Shown: positions 6,318-15,020, counted from the first letter of the stretch. The stretch is 15,220 nt of DNA from Candidatus Micrarchaeota archaeon (GCA_964652335.1 CAZZDL010000001.1:62181-77400); one strand, 5' to 3'. Numbers and translations: made by a program. The notes: a model not told the origin generated them from the letters alone.

Positions 6318-6321
6318 ATTT

Positions 6322-6885
6322 ATGGCAACAGTGTACGATGCACCATCAGGAGAGCTCATATCAAGAGTGGCTGATAAGCTGAAAAAGATTAAAGAGATAA
6401 ATCCCCCAGAATGGGCGAAATTCGTTAAGACTGGGCCACACGCCGAAAGGCCACCAACTCAAAGAGATTGGTGGTACATAAGGTGCGCTTCCATACTCAG
6501 GAGAGTTTATATTGATGGTCCAATAGGAGTTGGTAGGCTTAGGACATGGTATGGTGGAAGGAAGAATTATGGTCATTCACCTGAGCATCACGTAGATGCA
6601 GGCGGAGCCATAATAAGGAAAGCCCTTCAGCAGTTAGAGGCTGCTGGGCTTGTTGAAAAGGCAGATAAGGGTAGAAAGGTATCTCCAAAAGGTCAATCCC
6701 TTCTTGAGAAAACCGCCTCTGAGCTAACAAGTGTTGAACAGAAAGAGAAACCAAAATCAGAAAAACCAAAGGAAGTAAAGCCAGAGAAAAAGGAAAAGAA
6801 GAAACCAGAAAAGAAGGAAAAGAAAAAGCCAGAGAAGAAGACAAAGAAGTCCACCAAAGCAAAATCAAAGAAGGGTGGAAAATAA
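6322..6885 (+). CDS. rps19e: 30S ribosomal protein S19e with a Lys/Glu/Pro-rich C-terminal extension
   Basis: [56 protein letters not shown] before ATG 6322. Confidence 0.97.
   Translation: MATVYDAPSGELISRVADKLKKIKEINPPEWAKFVKTGPHAERPPTQRDWWYIRCASILRRVYIDGPIGVGRLRTWYGGRKNYGHSPEHHVDAGGAIIRKALQQLEAAGLVEKADKGRKVSPKGQSLLEKTASELTSVEQKEKPKSEKPKEVKPEKKEKKKPEKKEKKKPEKKTKKSTKAKSKKGGK
6743..6846 (+). repeat. 104-bp coding repeat, copy 1 (rps19e tail)
   Basis: Identical base for base to 9151-9254; contains 24-nt tandem units encoding PEKKEKKK. Confidence 0.95.
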
Positions 6886-6886
6886 G

Positions 6887-7213
6887 ATGGATGACCTGGA
6901 GGAAATAAGAAGAAAAAAATTGGAGGAGTATCAGGAAAGACTGAAACAAAAAATGATAGAAGAACAGGAAAAACAAAAATTGCTTGCAGAGAGGGAAGCC
7001 ATATTATCCTCTATACTCACTCCAGAGGCAAAGTTAAGATTGAACAACGTTAAGCTTGCTGATCCAAAGAAGGCGTTATACGTTGAAAATGTGCTAATAG
7101 CCCTGTATCAGAGTGGTAGGTTATCCAGAAAGATAACAGACGATGATCTAAAAAGGCTGTTATTAAGAATGTCCCAGAAAAGGGAAACTAAAATTAAGAT
7201 AAAGAGGAAGTGA
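6887..7213 (+). CDS. PDCD5/TFAR19-family DNA-binding protein
   Basis: [14 protein letters not shown]...[15 protein letters not shown]...[11 protein letters not shown]...[10 protein letters not shown]...KIKRK; conserved position after rps19e. Confidence 0.95.
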   Translation: MDDLEEIRRKKLEEYQERLKQKMIEEQEKQKLLAEREAILSSILTPEAKLRLNNVKLADPKKALYVENVLIALYQSGRLSRKITDDDLKRLLLRMSQKRETKIKIKRK

Positions 7214-7217
7214 TAGT

Positions 7218-7385
7218 ATGGGAAGCAGGAAAACAGAAAAGGAAAAGGAGAGGCTTAGTGCAAAGGCAAAATCAAATAAGAGAGTTCCTGTTTGGGTGAT
7301 TCTTAGAACAAAAAGAAAATTTAGTGAAAACCCTAGGAGGTACCACTGGAGAAGATCAAAACTAGGTAATGAGATAAAGGAGTGA
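7218..7385 (+). CDS. rpl39e: 50S ribosomal protein L39e (55 aa; below the ORF-track cutoff)
   Basis: Manual translation [55 protein letters not shown] contains N.RVP.WV and HWRRSKL; lies directly upstream of rpl31e. Confidence 0.95.
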   Translation: MGSRKTEKEKERLSAKAKSNKRVPVWVILRTKRKFSENPRRYHWRRSKLGNEIKE

Positions 7386-7390
7386 TCTAA

Positions 7391-7768
7391 ATGGCGAAGG
7401 AAGAGGTGAAAGAGAAGAAAACAAAGTCCAAACCTGAAAAGAAACCAGTGGAGAAGAAAACTAAGGAAGAAAAACCAAAGGAAGTAAAGCCAGAGAAAAA
7501 GGAAAAGAAGAAACCAGTGGAGAAGCCAGCAAAGGAAGAGATTCATAAAATAAAACTTTCCAAGGCATACGATACACCCAGAAAAAGAAGAGTAAAGGCA
7601 GTTATGACTATAATTAGGGATTATGTCAAAAAGCACAAGAGGAAGGAAGCAATAATTACCCCAGAGTTGAATTCTGTTATAATGGAAAGGAGTATAGAGA
7701 ATCCTCCAAGGAAGATAAAGGTAAAACTGGTTGAAAAGGAAAAGGTGTTCGTTTATCCAGCTAGCTGA
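7391..7768 (+). CDS. rpl31e: 50S ribosomal protein L31e with a Lys/Glu/Pro-rich N-terminal extension
   Basis: PRKRRVKAVMTIIRDYVKKH...ELNSVIMERSIENPPRKIKV; synteny between rpl39e and aIF6. Confidence 0.93.
   Translation: MAKEEVKEKKTKSKPEKKPVEKKTKEEKPKEVKPEKKEKKKPVEKPAKEEIHKIKLSKAYDTPRKRRVKAVMTIIRDYVKKHKRKEAIITPELNSVIMERSIENPPRKIKVKLVEKEKVFVYPAS
7468..7517 (+). repeat. 50-bp partial copy of the coding repeat (rpl31e N-terminus)
   Basis: Identical to 6759-6808 and 9167-9216; encodes [16 protein letters not shown] in the same frame. Confidence 0.93.
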
Positions 7769-7776
7769 GTGATTGT

Positions 7777-8442
7777 ATGATAAGCAAGGGAGAGATCTGG
7801 GGAAACCCATTTATTGGTTTATATGCAGTGGCCAATGAAGACTATTGTTTTATTCCACAAAACGCGCCAGATAAGCTTGTGACCCCAATAATGGAAGCCA
7901 TGGATGTGGATATAATCCGTGCAAGTATCTACAATTCACCTTTAATCGGTCTTTTTTCAGTGATAAACAAAAGAGGAGCTGTCTTGCCATCTGTTGCGTA
8001 TTCAAGTGAAATAAAATTATTTGAGGAGCATCTTGACGTTTTGATCCTTGATGAATACACTGCAATCGGAAATTTGATATCTACAAATGACAAAAACGCA
8101 ATAATATCCCCAGTTATAAAAGACATATCCTCGGTGGAATCTGTCCTTGGTGTGAAGGCAAGACCTATGACGATTGGAGGAATAGATGTGACAGGTTCAA
8201 TGATAGTTATCACCAACTCTGGGTTTTTTGTATCTAGTTTGGCTAGCAAGAATGAAATGGACGAGGTGTCAAGATTTTTAGGTCTTGAAGGTTCTTCTGG
8301 TACAGTTAACTATGGAAACCCAATGGTTAAATCTGGGATAATCGCAAATACTAAAGGGGTGGTCGTTGGCGAGGCCACCACCCCATACGAGATGGGACAA
8401 ATAGACGAAGGGATAGGTGGTAAAGATGATAAAAATATTTAG
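7777..8442 (+). CDS. eif6: Translation initiation factor 6 (aIF6)
   Basis: GNPFIGLY, SPLIG, AIGNLI..ND, GTVNYG.P.VKSGIIAN.KG.VVG..TT..E motifs; synteny. Confidence 0.95.
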   Translation: MISKGEIWGNPFIGLYAVANEDYCFIPQNAPDKLVTPIMEAMDVDIIRASIYNSPLIGLFSVINKRGAVLPSVAYSSEIKLFEEHLDVLILDEYTAIGNLISTNDKNAIISPVIKDISSVESVLGVKARPMTIGGIDVTGSMIVITNSGFFVSSLASKNEMDEVSRFLGLEGSSGTVNYGNPMVKSGIIANTKGVVVGEATTPYEMGQIDEGIGGKDDKNI

Positions 8443-8644
8443 GGTGTTTGGTAAGGTCAAGGGAAATAGATTTGCACTTGACGTAGCATCCACAGACAAA
8501 GAGCATGCAATAGAAAAAGCATATGCAAATCTTGGTTCAAGACATGGAGCAACCAGACATGATATAGTTATTGATGATGTAAAGGAGATAGATCCAAAGG
8601 AAACCAAGAGCAGAGTTTTAAAACAACTTCATGGAGGCGATTGA
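8426..8644 (+). CDS. rplX: 50S ribosomal protein LX (L18ae/L20e family)
   Basis: KIFRVFG...A..KEHAIEKAYANLGSRH....I.I..VKEI; located between aIF6 and pfdA. Confidence 0.9.
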   Translation: MIKIFRVFGKVKGNRFALDVASTDKEHAIEKAYANLGSRHGATRHDIVIDDVKEIDPKETKSRVLKQLHGGD

Positions 8645-9065
8645 TTTGGAACTTACTGTAGATCAGGCGATTCAGCTTTTAAGATTTGAAGAGGCTAAGC
8701 TAAAGGATGTTGAAGCAAGAATGAATCAGAGCATGGCTTTACTCAATGAGCTCCAGCTAGCGAAAGCCACATTGCAGAACCTACCAGGCAAGAAGACAGA
8801 GGGATTGTTGCCAATAGGTGGGGGAGTTATGCTCCCAGCGTTAACCGAGAAAGGCAATGTACTGATAAATGTTGGCGCAGGTGTTGTTGTTGAGAAAAGC
8901 CTTGAAGATGCAGTCTCATTCCTTGATAAAAGGATAAAGATGATTGAAGAAAATATGAACAATCTAGCTAGACTTGCGCAAAAAACAGCAAAGAACATCT
9001 CTGTTTTAAGGGCAAAGATAGATGAAGCCATAAAAGCTAGACAAGGCCCAGCAGTGGTGGGTTAG
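8631..9065 (+). CDS. pfdA: Prefoldin subunit alpha
   Basis: Coiled coil - LLPIGGG...VLINVGAGVVVEKSLEDA - coiled coil; synteny. Confidence 0.95.
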   Translation: MEAIDLELTVDQAIQLLRFEEAKLKDVEARMNQSMALLNELQLAKATLQNLPGKKTEGLLPIGGGVMLPALTEKGNVLINVGAGVVVEKSLEDAVSFLDKRIKMIEENMNNLARLAQKTAKNISVLRAKIDEAIKARQGPAVVG

Positions 9066-10241
9066 GTGTTTGGCTTTCTCAAAAAGAAGCTGTCTGAATT
9101 AAAGGAAAAGATAGTTGGTAGACCAGAGGAGCAGGAGAAAAGGCTAGAGGAAGAGAAACCAAAATCAGAAAAACCAAAGGAAGTAAAGCCAGAGAAAAAG
9201 GAAAAGAAGAAACCAGAAAAGAAGGAAAAGAAAAAGCCAGAGAAGAAGACAAAGGCAGAGGAAAAGAAGGTAAAGAAAAAGGAGAAGCCAAAAGAAGAAG
9301 CAAAGCCAAAAGAAGTAAAGACAGAGAAAGCGAAGCCAAAGGAGACAAAAGCTGAGGAGGAAGCCAAGGAAGCAAAAGTAGGTGTCCTTTCAAGGATAAA
9401 AAAGGCATTATCAAGGAAATTCAAATTGTCTGATGCAGAACTTGATGATTATCTATGGGATATAGAGATTATTCTACTTGAGGCGGATGTGGCCCACGAA
9501 ATAGCAGAGGAGATAGTCTCCAAATTGAGGGATAAGCTGTCCAATGTCGAATTTTCATCCAAAGAAGAAGTTTTTGATAGGATAAAGCAGATCCTAAGGG
9601 ATATCCTGTCGGATATTATAATAGAAGGGGAGGACATCACAAGCATTCAGAAGAAACCAACAATTATTATGTTCATTGGCCCAAACGGTGCAGGTAAAAC
9701 AACGACCATGGCAAAGCTCGCAAAGAAGTTATTGGATAACAATAAAACAGTTATATTTGCAGCCAGTGATACGTTTAGAGCTGCAAGTATAGAGCAGCTA
9801 GAAGAGCATGCGAATAGGCTTGGGATAAAAGTGGTAAAACACAAATATGGGGCAGATCCTGCAGCTGTTGCATACGACGCTGTTAAATCAGCCGAGGCAA
9901 AGGGGATAGATTTTGTAATGATAGACACAGCTGGAAGGCAAGAGACAAACTCCAATCTGATTGAGGAATTGAAGAAGATAAAGAGGGTAGTTAATCCAGA
10001 TTTTGTTATTTATGTTGATGAAGGGATAGCAGGCAATGTTATATATGACAGGCTAAAAGCCTTTAGAGAAGTAGGTATTGATGGTGTTGTTCTCACTAAG
10101 ATGGACCTTGACGTAAAGGGTGGGGGCGTTGTCACATGTGCAAGCATGGGGATACCGATAGTCTATTTTGGTGTTGGTCAAGGTTATCAAGACATCAAAA
10201 AATTCAAAAAAGACGAGTTCTTGGATGAATTATTGGGCTAG
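9066..10241 (+). CDS. ftsY: Signal recognition particle receptor FtsY with a Lys/Glu/Pro-rich N-terminal region
   Basis: GTG start giving MFGFLKKKL; LLEADV, GPNGAGKTTT, DTFRAA, DPAAVA, DTAGR, TKMD...GG, GVGQ. Confidence 0.97.
   Translation: MFGFLKKKLSELKEKIVGRPEEQEKRLEEEKPKSEKPKEVKPEKKEKKKPEKKEKKKPEKKTKAEEKKVKKKEKPKEEAKPKEVKTEKAKPKETKAEEEAKEAKVGVLSRIKKALSRKFKLSDAELDDYLWDIEIILLEADVAHEIAEEIVSKLRDKLSNVEFSSKEEVFDRIKQILRDILSDIIIEGEDITSIQKKPTIIMFIGPNGAGKTTTMAKLAKKLLDNNKTVIFAASDTFRAASIEQLEEHANRLGIKVVKHKYGADPAAVAYDAVKSAEAKGIDFVMIDTAGRQETNSNLIEELKKIKRVVNPDFVIYVDEGIAGNVIYDRLKAFREVGIDGVVLTKMDLDVKGGGVVTCASMGIPIVYFGVGQGYQDIKKFKKDEFLDELLG
9151..9254 (+). repeat. 104-bp coding repeat, copy 2 (ftsY N-terminal region)
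   Basis: Identical to 6743-6846 and read in the same frame ([34 protein letters not shown]). Confidence 0.95.
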
Positions 10242-10275
10242 GGTTATTAAAACAAGCTAGTAGAAAAATATATCT

Positions 10276-11592
10276 ATGTTGTCTAGAGTAGCTAAAGGGC
10301 TACAGGATTTTCTTTCTAAGCTAGCAAGAGCAGGGGCAATTGATGAGGCATTCATAAAATCCAGCATAAAGGAACTACAAAAGATCCTGATTTCGGGAGA
10401 CGTCAATGTAAGGTTAGTTATAGAGCTTAGTAAGAAGATAGAAGACAGAATGAGGAAGGAAAACATACCAAAGGGAGTTAGCCACAAGCAGTATTTTCTG
10501 AAAGTGGTTTATGACGAGTTGGCAAACCTCCTTGGCGCTGAGGGTGCTGTGGAGATAAAACCACAAAAGATACTCTTGGTTGGTTTGTATGGACATGGGA
10601 AAACGACCACCGCAGCAAAACTCGCAAAGTTCTTTTCCAAGCGTGGCCTAAAAACAGCGCTAATAACAACAGATAACTGGAGGCCAGCTGCATACGAACA
10701 ATTGTCCCAGCTTGGAAAACGGATTAATATCCCAGTGTTCGGTGATCCGAATTCAAAGCCAATAGAAGTTCTTAGAGAAGGCATGAAAAAATTTGATAAA
10801 TATGATGTTCTAATAGTTGATTCTGCTGGTAGAGATTCTCTTAATCAGGAGCTAATAGATGAGATAAAAGAGTTAAAGGAAGAGCTAAAACCAGATAACG
10901 TTTGGCTTGTTATGGGTGGGGATATAGGCCAAGCTGCAGAAAGAGAGGCAAGGTCATTCAATGAGGCTGTGGGTATCACTGGTATAATCCTAACTAGAAT
11001 GGATTCATCTGCAAAAGGAGGAGGAGCCCTAGCTGCATGTAAGTCAGCAAATGTTCCAGTGGTCTTCATAGGAACAGGTGAAAAGCTTGATGATATAGAA
11101 GTATTTGATAAAGACAGATTCATATCCAGGTTGCTCGGTTTCCCAGATATAGCCAGCGTCCTTGAGAAATTTAAGGAGAGCGTAGAAGAGGAGGAGATAG
11201 AGGACATAACAAAGGGAGAATTTACATTAACAAAGTTTTACAAGCAGTTGGAGGCAACCAAAAAAATGGGTTCTCTTTCCAAAGTACTTGAAATGCTTGG
11301 TCTAGCTCAAAAGCTCCCTCAAGAAGTGGTTGAACAAGGAGAACAGAAGATGAAGGTTTTCAAGGTGATAATGGATTCAATGACAAAGGAAGAGCTTGAG
11401 AATCCAGATATCCTGAATAAGAGCAGGATAGAGAGAATAGCGAGAGGATCAGGAAGAACAGAAAAGGAAGTAAGGGAATTGTTGAAACAGTACAAAATGG
11501 CAAAAAAGATGATAAACAAAATGAAATCTGGAAAAAAGAGATTTCCAATTCCCGGCTTACCAAAGGACTTTAACATGGGGTTGGGAAGATGA
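10276..11592 (+). CDS. srp54: Signal recognition particle protein SRP54
   Basis: NG domain (GLYGHGKTTT, RPAAYEQL, DSAGR, TRMD.SAKGGGAL, FIGTGEK) plus M domain (IMDSMT.EE..P...SRIERIARGSG). TTATTAAA TATA-like sequence at 10244-10251. Confidence 0.97.
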   Translation: MLSRVAKGLQDFLSKLARAGAIDEAFIKSSIKELQKILISGDVNVRLVIELSKKIEDRMRKENIPKGVSHKQYFLKVVYDELANLLGAEGAVEIKPQKILLVGLYGHGKTTTAAKLAKFFSKRGLKTALITTDNWRPAAYEQLSQLGKRINIPVFGDPNSKPIEVLREGMKKFDKYDVLIVDSAGRDSLNQELIDEIKELKEELKPDNVWLVMGGDIGQAAEREARSFNEAVGITGIILTRMDSSAKGGGALAACKSANVPVVFIGTGEKLDDIEVFDKDRFISRLLGFPDIASVLEKFKESVEEEEIEDITKGEFTLTKFYKQLEATKKMGSLSKVLEMLGLAQKLPQEVVEQGEQKMKVFKVIMDSMTKEELENPDILNKSRIERIARGSGRTEKEVRELLKQYKMAKKMINKMKSGKKRFPIPGLPKDFNMGLGR

Positions 11593-12140
11593 AGATAGTT
11601 GTAATTGGGGATTTTCATATACCATCTAGAGCAAAGAAAATACCTGATTGGATAGTTAGGAAGATAATTGAGGAAAAGCCAGATATGATTGCATGCACAG
11701 GAGACCTGGAATCAGAGGATACTCTCAGTTTTCTTCATTCTTTGGCAAAAACAAAGTGCGTTTCTGGGAATATGGACTGGCTAGACCTTCCCGATCACCA
11801 GGAATTTGAAGTTGGAGATATCAGGATAGGTTTGATTCATGGGAAAGGGATAGTACCTAGGGGAGATATCAATCAGCTAAACAGATTCGCGGAAATGATG
11901 AGAGCAAATATTTTAATACACGGTCATACCCATAAGCTTTCTACTGAACTAGCCTACGGTAGGCTTTTTGTTAATCCTGGCACCGCCACTGGTGTTTGGG
12001 GAGGAGCAACAGGTGGGGAACCACAGAGCTTCATAATAATTGAAATTAATGGGAAACACATTATAGTTAGGAAATTTGTGGATGAAAAAGAGGTAGTGGA
12101 GAGGTATGAGTACAGAGATGGATCGGTCAGACCAGTTTAG
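11589..12140 (+). CDS. YfcE/MJ0936/Vps29-family metallophosphoesterase
   Basis: GDFHIP, TGDL, GNMD, IHG, HGHTH, NPG motifs; ATGA overlap with srp54. Confidence 0.92.
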   Translation: MKIVVIGDFHIPSRAKKIPDWIVRKIIEEKPDMIACTGDLESEDTLSFLHSLAKTKCVSGNMDWLDLPDHQEFEVGDIRIGLIHGKGIVPRGDINQLNRFAEMMRANILIHGHTHKLSTELAYGRLFVNPGTATGVWGGATGGEPQSFIIIEINGKHIIVRKFVDEKEVVERYEYRDGSVRPV

Positions 12141-13344
12141 AAAGAAAAAGGAGTTGCTAGCACAGTTCAATCCTTGTGATAGGTGTTTAGGTAGGCAGTT
12201 TCATAACTTGTTTAAGGGCCCAAACCCCAGTATAGGATGGGCAGTTAGGAATGCAGAGAAAATAGAAGACGTAAATGAGTTACTATCCAAAGAGCCAAGA
12301 CCAAATCTGTTTGAATGTTATTTATGTGATGGGATGTTTACAAATCTAGATAAAAATGCAAAAAGGGTTATTGAATTATTGGCTAACTATGACTTTGACA
12401 CGTTTTTGATTGGTGTTAGAATTCCCAAGACCCTGGCTGCCAGGGAAAAGGAGGTATGGCAGAAAGTTGGAGATGAATATGCAGAGCCATTGAAAAAGGA
12501 GATAGCAAGAGAGGTTGGAAAGAAGGTAGAAAAGGAAACAGGTAAATCCTTTGACCCAAACCCAGACATTGCTGTGGTTTTAGATTTCAATTATTCTCCC
12601 CCAAAGATAGAGTTACAGATAAAATCCCTGTTTGTGTATGGTGAGTATCAAAAGCTAAAAAGAGACATACCTCAGACAAGATGGCTTTGCCCAAAATGTA
12701 GAGGGAAGGGATGCAGGTATTGTGATTTCACGGGCAAACTTTACAGAACAAGTGTGGAGGAGGAGATAGGGAGACCAATAATAGAGCTAACAGGAGGAAC
12801 TGATTTTAAGTTTCATGGTTCTGGAAGGGAGGATAAGGATGTTTTGAATATAGGTTGGAGACCATTTGTCATAGAGATTCTGAATCCAGTAGTGAGGAGG
12901 ATAGATCTTGATCTAGTGGAAGAAAGGATAAATAAAGGAGAACTGATTAAGGTTAAAGGGCTGCGATTCTCATCAAAGGAAGAGGTAAGAGAGCTAAAGT
13001 CTGCCAAGTTCGACAAGACATATTTAGCTTTAGTGAGATGTGATTGGGATGAGGATATGATAAAGAGGATAGAAAACGCTTTTAATAACGTAGTGATAAA
13101 CCAGAGAACTCCAACGAGGGTATCCCATAGAAGGGCGGACAAGATTAGGAAAAGAAGAATATATTATGTAAAGATAACCCCAGTGGACAACAGTCATTTC
13201 AGGGCAGAGATAAAGGCAGAATCAGGAACATACATAAAGGAGCTGGTTTCCGGGGACAATGGTAGGACAGACCCAAGTTTCTCATCCATTGCTGGCAAAC
13301 CGTGCATAGTTGAAGAATTAACTGTTCTGGAGGTGCATAAATGA
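12106..13344 (+). CDS. pus10: tRNA pseudouridine(54/55) synthase Pus10
   Basis: CDRCLGRQF and CYLC zinc ligands, G.Y.KL.RDIPQT.W, FHGSGREDKDV catalytic motif, GWRPFVIE, QRTP.RV.HRR, GTYIKEL.SGD.GRT.PS. Confidence 0.96.
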   Translation: MSTEMDRSDQFRKKKELLAQFNPCDRCLGRQFHNLFKGPNPSIGWAVRNAEKIEDVNELLSKEPRPNLFECYLCDGMFTNLDKNAKRVIELLANYDFDTFLIGVRIPKTLAAREKEVWQKVGDEYAEPLKKEIAREVGKKVEKETGKSFDPNPDIAVVLDFNYSPPKIELQIKSLFVYGEYQKLKRDIPQTRWLCPKCRGKGCRYCDFTGKLYRTSVEEEIGRPIIELTGGTDFKFHGSGREDKDVLNIGWRPFVIEILNPVVRRIDLDLVEERINKGELIKVKGLRFSSKEEVRELKSAKFDKTYLALVRCDWDEDMIKRIENAFNNVVINQRTPTRVSHRRADKIRKRRIYYVKITPVDNSHFRAEIKAESGTYIKELVSGDNGRTDPSFSSIAGKPCIVEELTVLEVHK

Positions 13345-14195
13345 ACTTTTTTGATCTTGTTTCAGTTGCCGTTGCTGTGGTTGGAACCGGTTTATCTGCC
13401 TACTTTGATCTTAGGACAACATATATACCAGATGAGATAACTCATGCAATGATAGGGATTGGAGCAATTTTGTTATTTTTTAGATATCCATTACACATGG
13501 CAATTTCATACCTAGCTGTCGGAGCGTTGGTTTTTCTTATTGGGTTTTTACTTTACACATTTGGCCAGGTTGGTGGTGGAGATGTTAAGTTATTTGCAGG
13601 TATAACCTTGTTATTACCAGAGCATATCGTTCATTCCACAATACAATCGCCGTTCCCCCCAATCATCTCAATATTCTTTGCCTCTGCAATGCTGGCTACG
13701 TTGTTTGTTTCTATAAAATACATGGCAATGATCTACAAGAAAAAGGAGAAAATAGCTAGTTTTCATCAGAAGCTCACAGTCGGATTGGTGTCTGCTGGGT
13801 TGGTGTTCGCCGTTTTTGTATTCTTGTCAACCATTGAAAGAGCTATGCTGATCTTATCAATACCAATAATCGCAGGATTAATTGTATTCCCATTCAAGGA
13901 GGACATGGTTGACATGTTTATGTTAAAGACAAAGAGGGTTCTAGATCTAACAGAGGATGATATCATCGCTGTTGACAAATTACCAGATAGGATTAAATCT
14001 TCTCTTGGTATAGGGGTTAGAAGGACTTACCTGAATTCAGAACTTGAGAAGATAAAGAAGAAAGCAAAAAGGCATAGGATAAAGGAGGTTTATGTATACG
14101 ACAACCTTCCGACATTTGGTATATACATATTTCTAGGACTGATAATTGTTCTTCTTGTTGGTGACCCAATGTTCTTCTTGTTTAGTCATCTCTAG
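13341..14195 (+). CDS. A24-family (GxGD) prepilin/preflagellin peptidase
   Basis: First catalytic Asp in SAYFDLRT, GGGDVKL motif, about 8 TM segments and a C-terminal soluble insert before LPTF; ATGA overlap with pus10. Confidence 0.9.
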   Translation: MNFFDLVSVAVAVVGTGLSAYFDLRTTYIPDEITHAMIGIGAILLFFRYPLHMAISYLAVGALVFLIGFLLYTFGQVGGGDVKLFAGITLLLPEHIVHSTIQSPFPPIISIFFASAMLATLFVSIKYMAMIYKKKEKIASFHQKLTVGLVSAGLVFAVFVFLSTIERAMLILSIPIIAGLIVFPFKEDMVDMFMLKTKRVLDLTEDDIIAVDKLPDRIKSSLGIGVRRTYLNSELEKIKKKAKRHRIKEVYVYDNLPTFGIYIFLGLIIVLLVGDPMFFLFSHL

Positions 14196-14962
14196 ACCTT
14201 TTTCTTTCCCTCTTCCTTTATTGCTTTGACAAATCTCTTAACTTTCTCTTTCATTTTGTTTCTTTCAGCTTCAAAGGCAGTTCCGATCTGTATACCATCT
14301 GCCCCGGCTTTTATTATCTCCCTAGCTTGCTCAGGTTTCCTTACTCCACCCCCATAGAAGTAAGGGACATCACAGGCTGAAGCCACAGCTTTAACAAAGC
14401 TAGTCGGAGCAGGTTCAGGTGCCCCAGAACCAGAATCTGTGACAATTAGTCTAGATCCTAGATACTGTCCAGCCAACGCTGCAGCTGCAGCAATATATGG
14501 CTTTGACCTTGGCAGAAGCCTTGCGTCTCCAACCCAACCCACAGCTCCTCCTGGCTCAACTACTAGGTATGTGGTTGGGATTGGTTCTATTTTCATTTCC
14601 CTAACAACTGGGGCAGCGACTATCTGGGCTGTGGTGGCCCAGTAGACATCTCTTGAGTTTAGCATTGACATAAAATAGACTGCGTCCGCATAAGGAGTTA
14701 GTGTTCCAATATTTCCAGGGAACAAAACTATAGGTATGTCCACATTTTCTCTTATCATCTTAACAGACTTGTCCAGATACTCTCCTTGAGCACCTATTGA
14801 TCCGCCAATTAGTATTATGTCTGTTCCAGCCTCATAAGCATCCCTAGCCATCTTTGCTCCTTCCTCTGGGGACTGGTCAGCTGGGTCTATCAAGGATAAT
14901 AGGATTGCACCTTCTGTTTCTATTTTGTCTTTAATGTATTTTTCTACCTTCCCTATTCTCAT
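14192..14962 (-). CDS. Geranylgeranylglyceryl phosphate synthase (group II-like GGGPS)
   Basis: LIDP, IGGS, LFPGN, ADAVYFMSMLNS, YLVVEPGG.VGWVG.A, GSGA, GGGVR, GAD..GT. SD GGTGATC upstream on the minus strand. Confidence 0.93.
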   Translation of the reverse strand: MRIGKVEKYIKDKIETEGAILLSLIDPADQSPEEGAKMARDAYEAGTDIILIGGSIGAQGEYLDKSVKMIRENVDIPIVLFPGNIGTLTPYADAVYFMSMLNSRDVYWATTAQIVAAPVVREMKIEPIPTTYLVVEPGGAVGWVGDARLLPRSKPYIAAAAALAGQYLGSRLIVTDSGSGAPEPAPTSFVKAVASACDVPYFYGGGVRKPEQAREIIKAGADGIQIGTAFEAERNKMKEKVKRFVKAIKEEGKKKV

Positions 14963-15020
14963 ACGATCACCATTGGTTTAGTATTATATACTCATAATCA
15001 ATATATTTATGTCGGTTAAT

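Noticed and set aside
6743..6885. Idea that the KEP-rich tails are the substrate of the RimK ligase
   Set aside because: RimK extends C-terminal Glu residues; S19e ends in KKGGK and the other two tags are N-terminal. No sequence evidence links them.
6539..9424. Long Phe/Ser/Leu-rich minus-strand ORFs (6539-6976, 7163-7810, 9062-9424, 9079-9414)
   Set aside because: Shadow ORFs antisense to purine-rich Lys/Glu codons of established genes.
5469..14202. Shared TCTAGACCTTTTT at the 3' ends of the small membrane gene and GGGPS
   Set aside because: A short match explained by both proteins ending in KKV-stop; likely chance.
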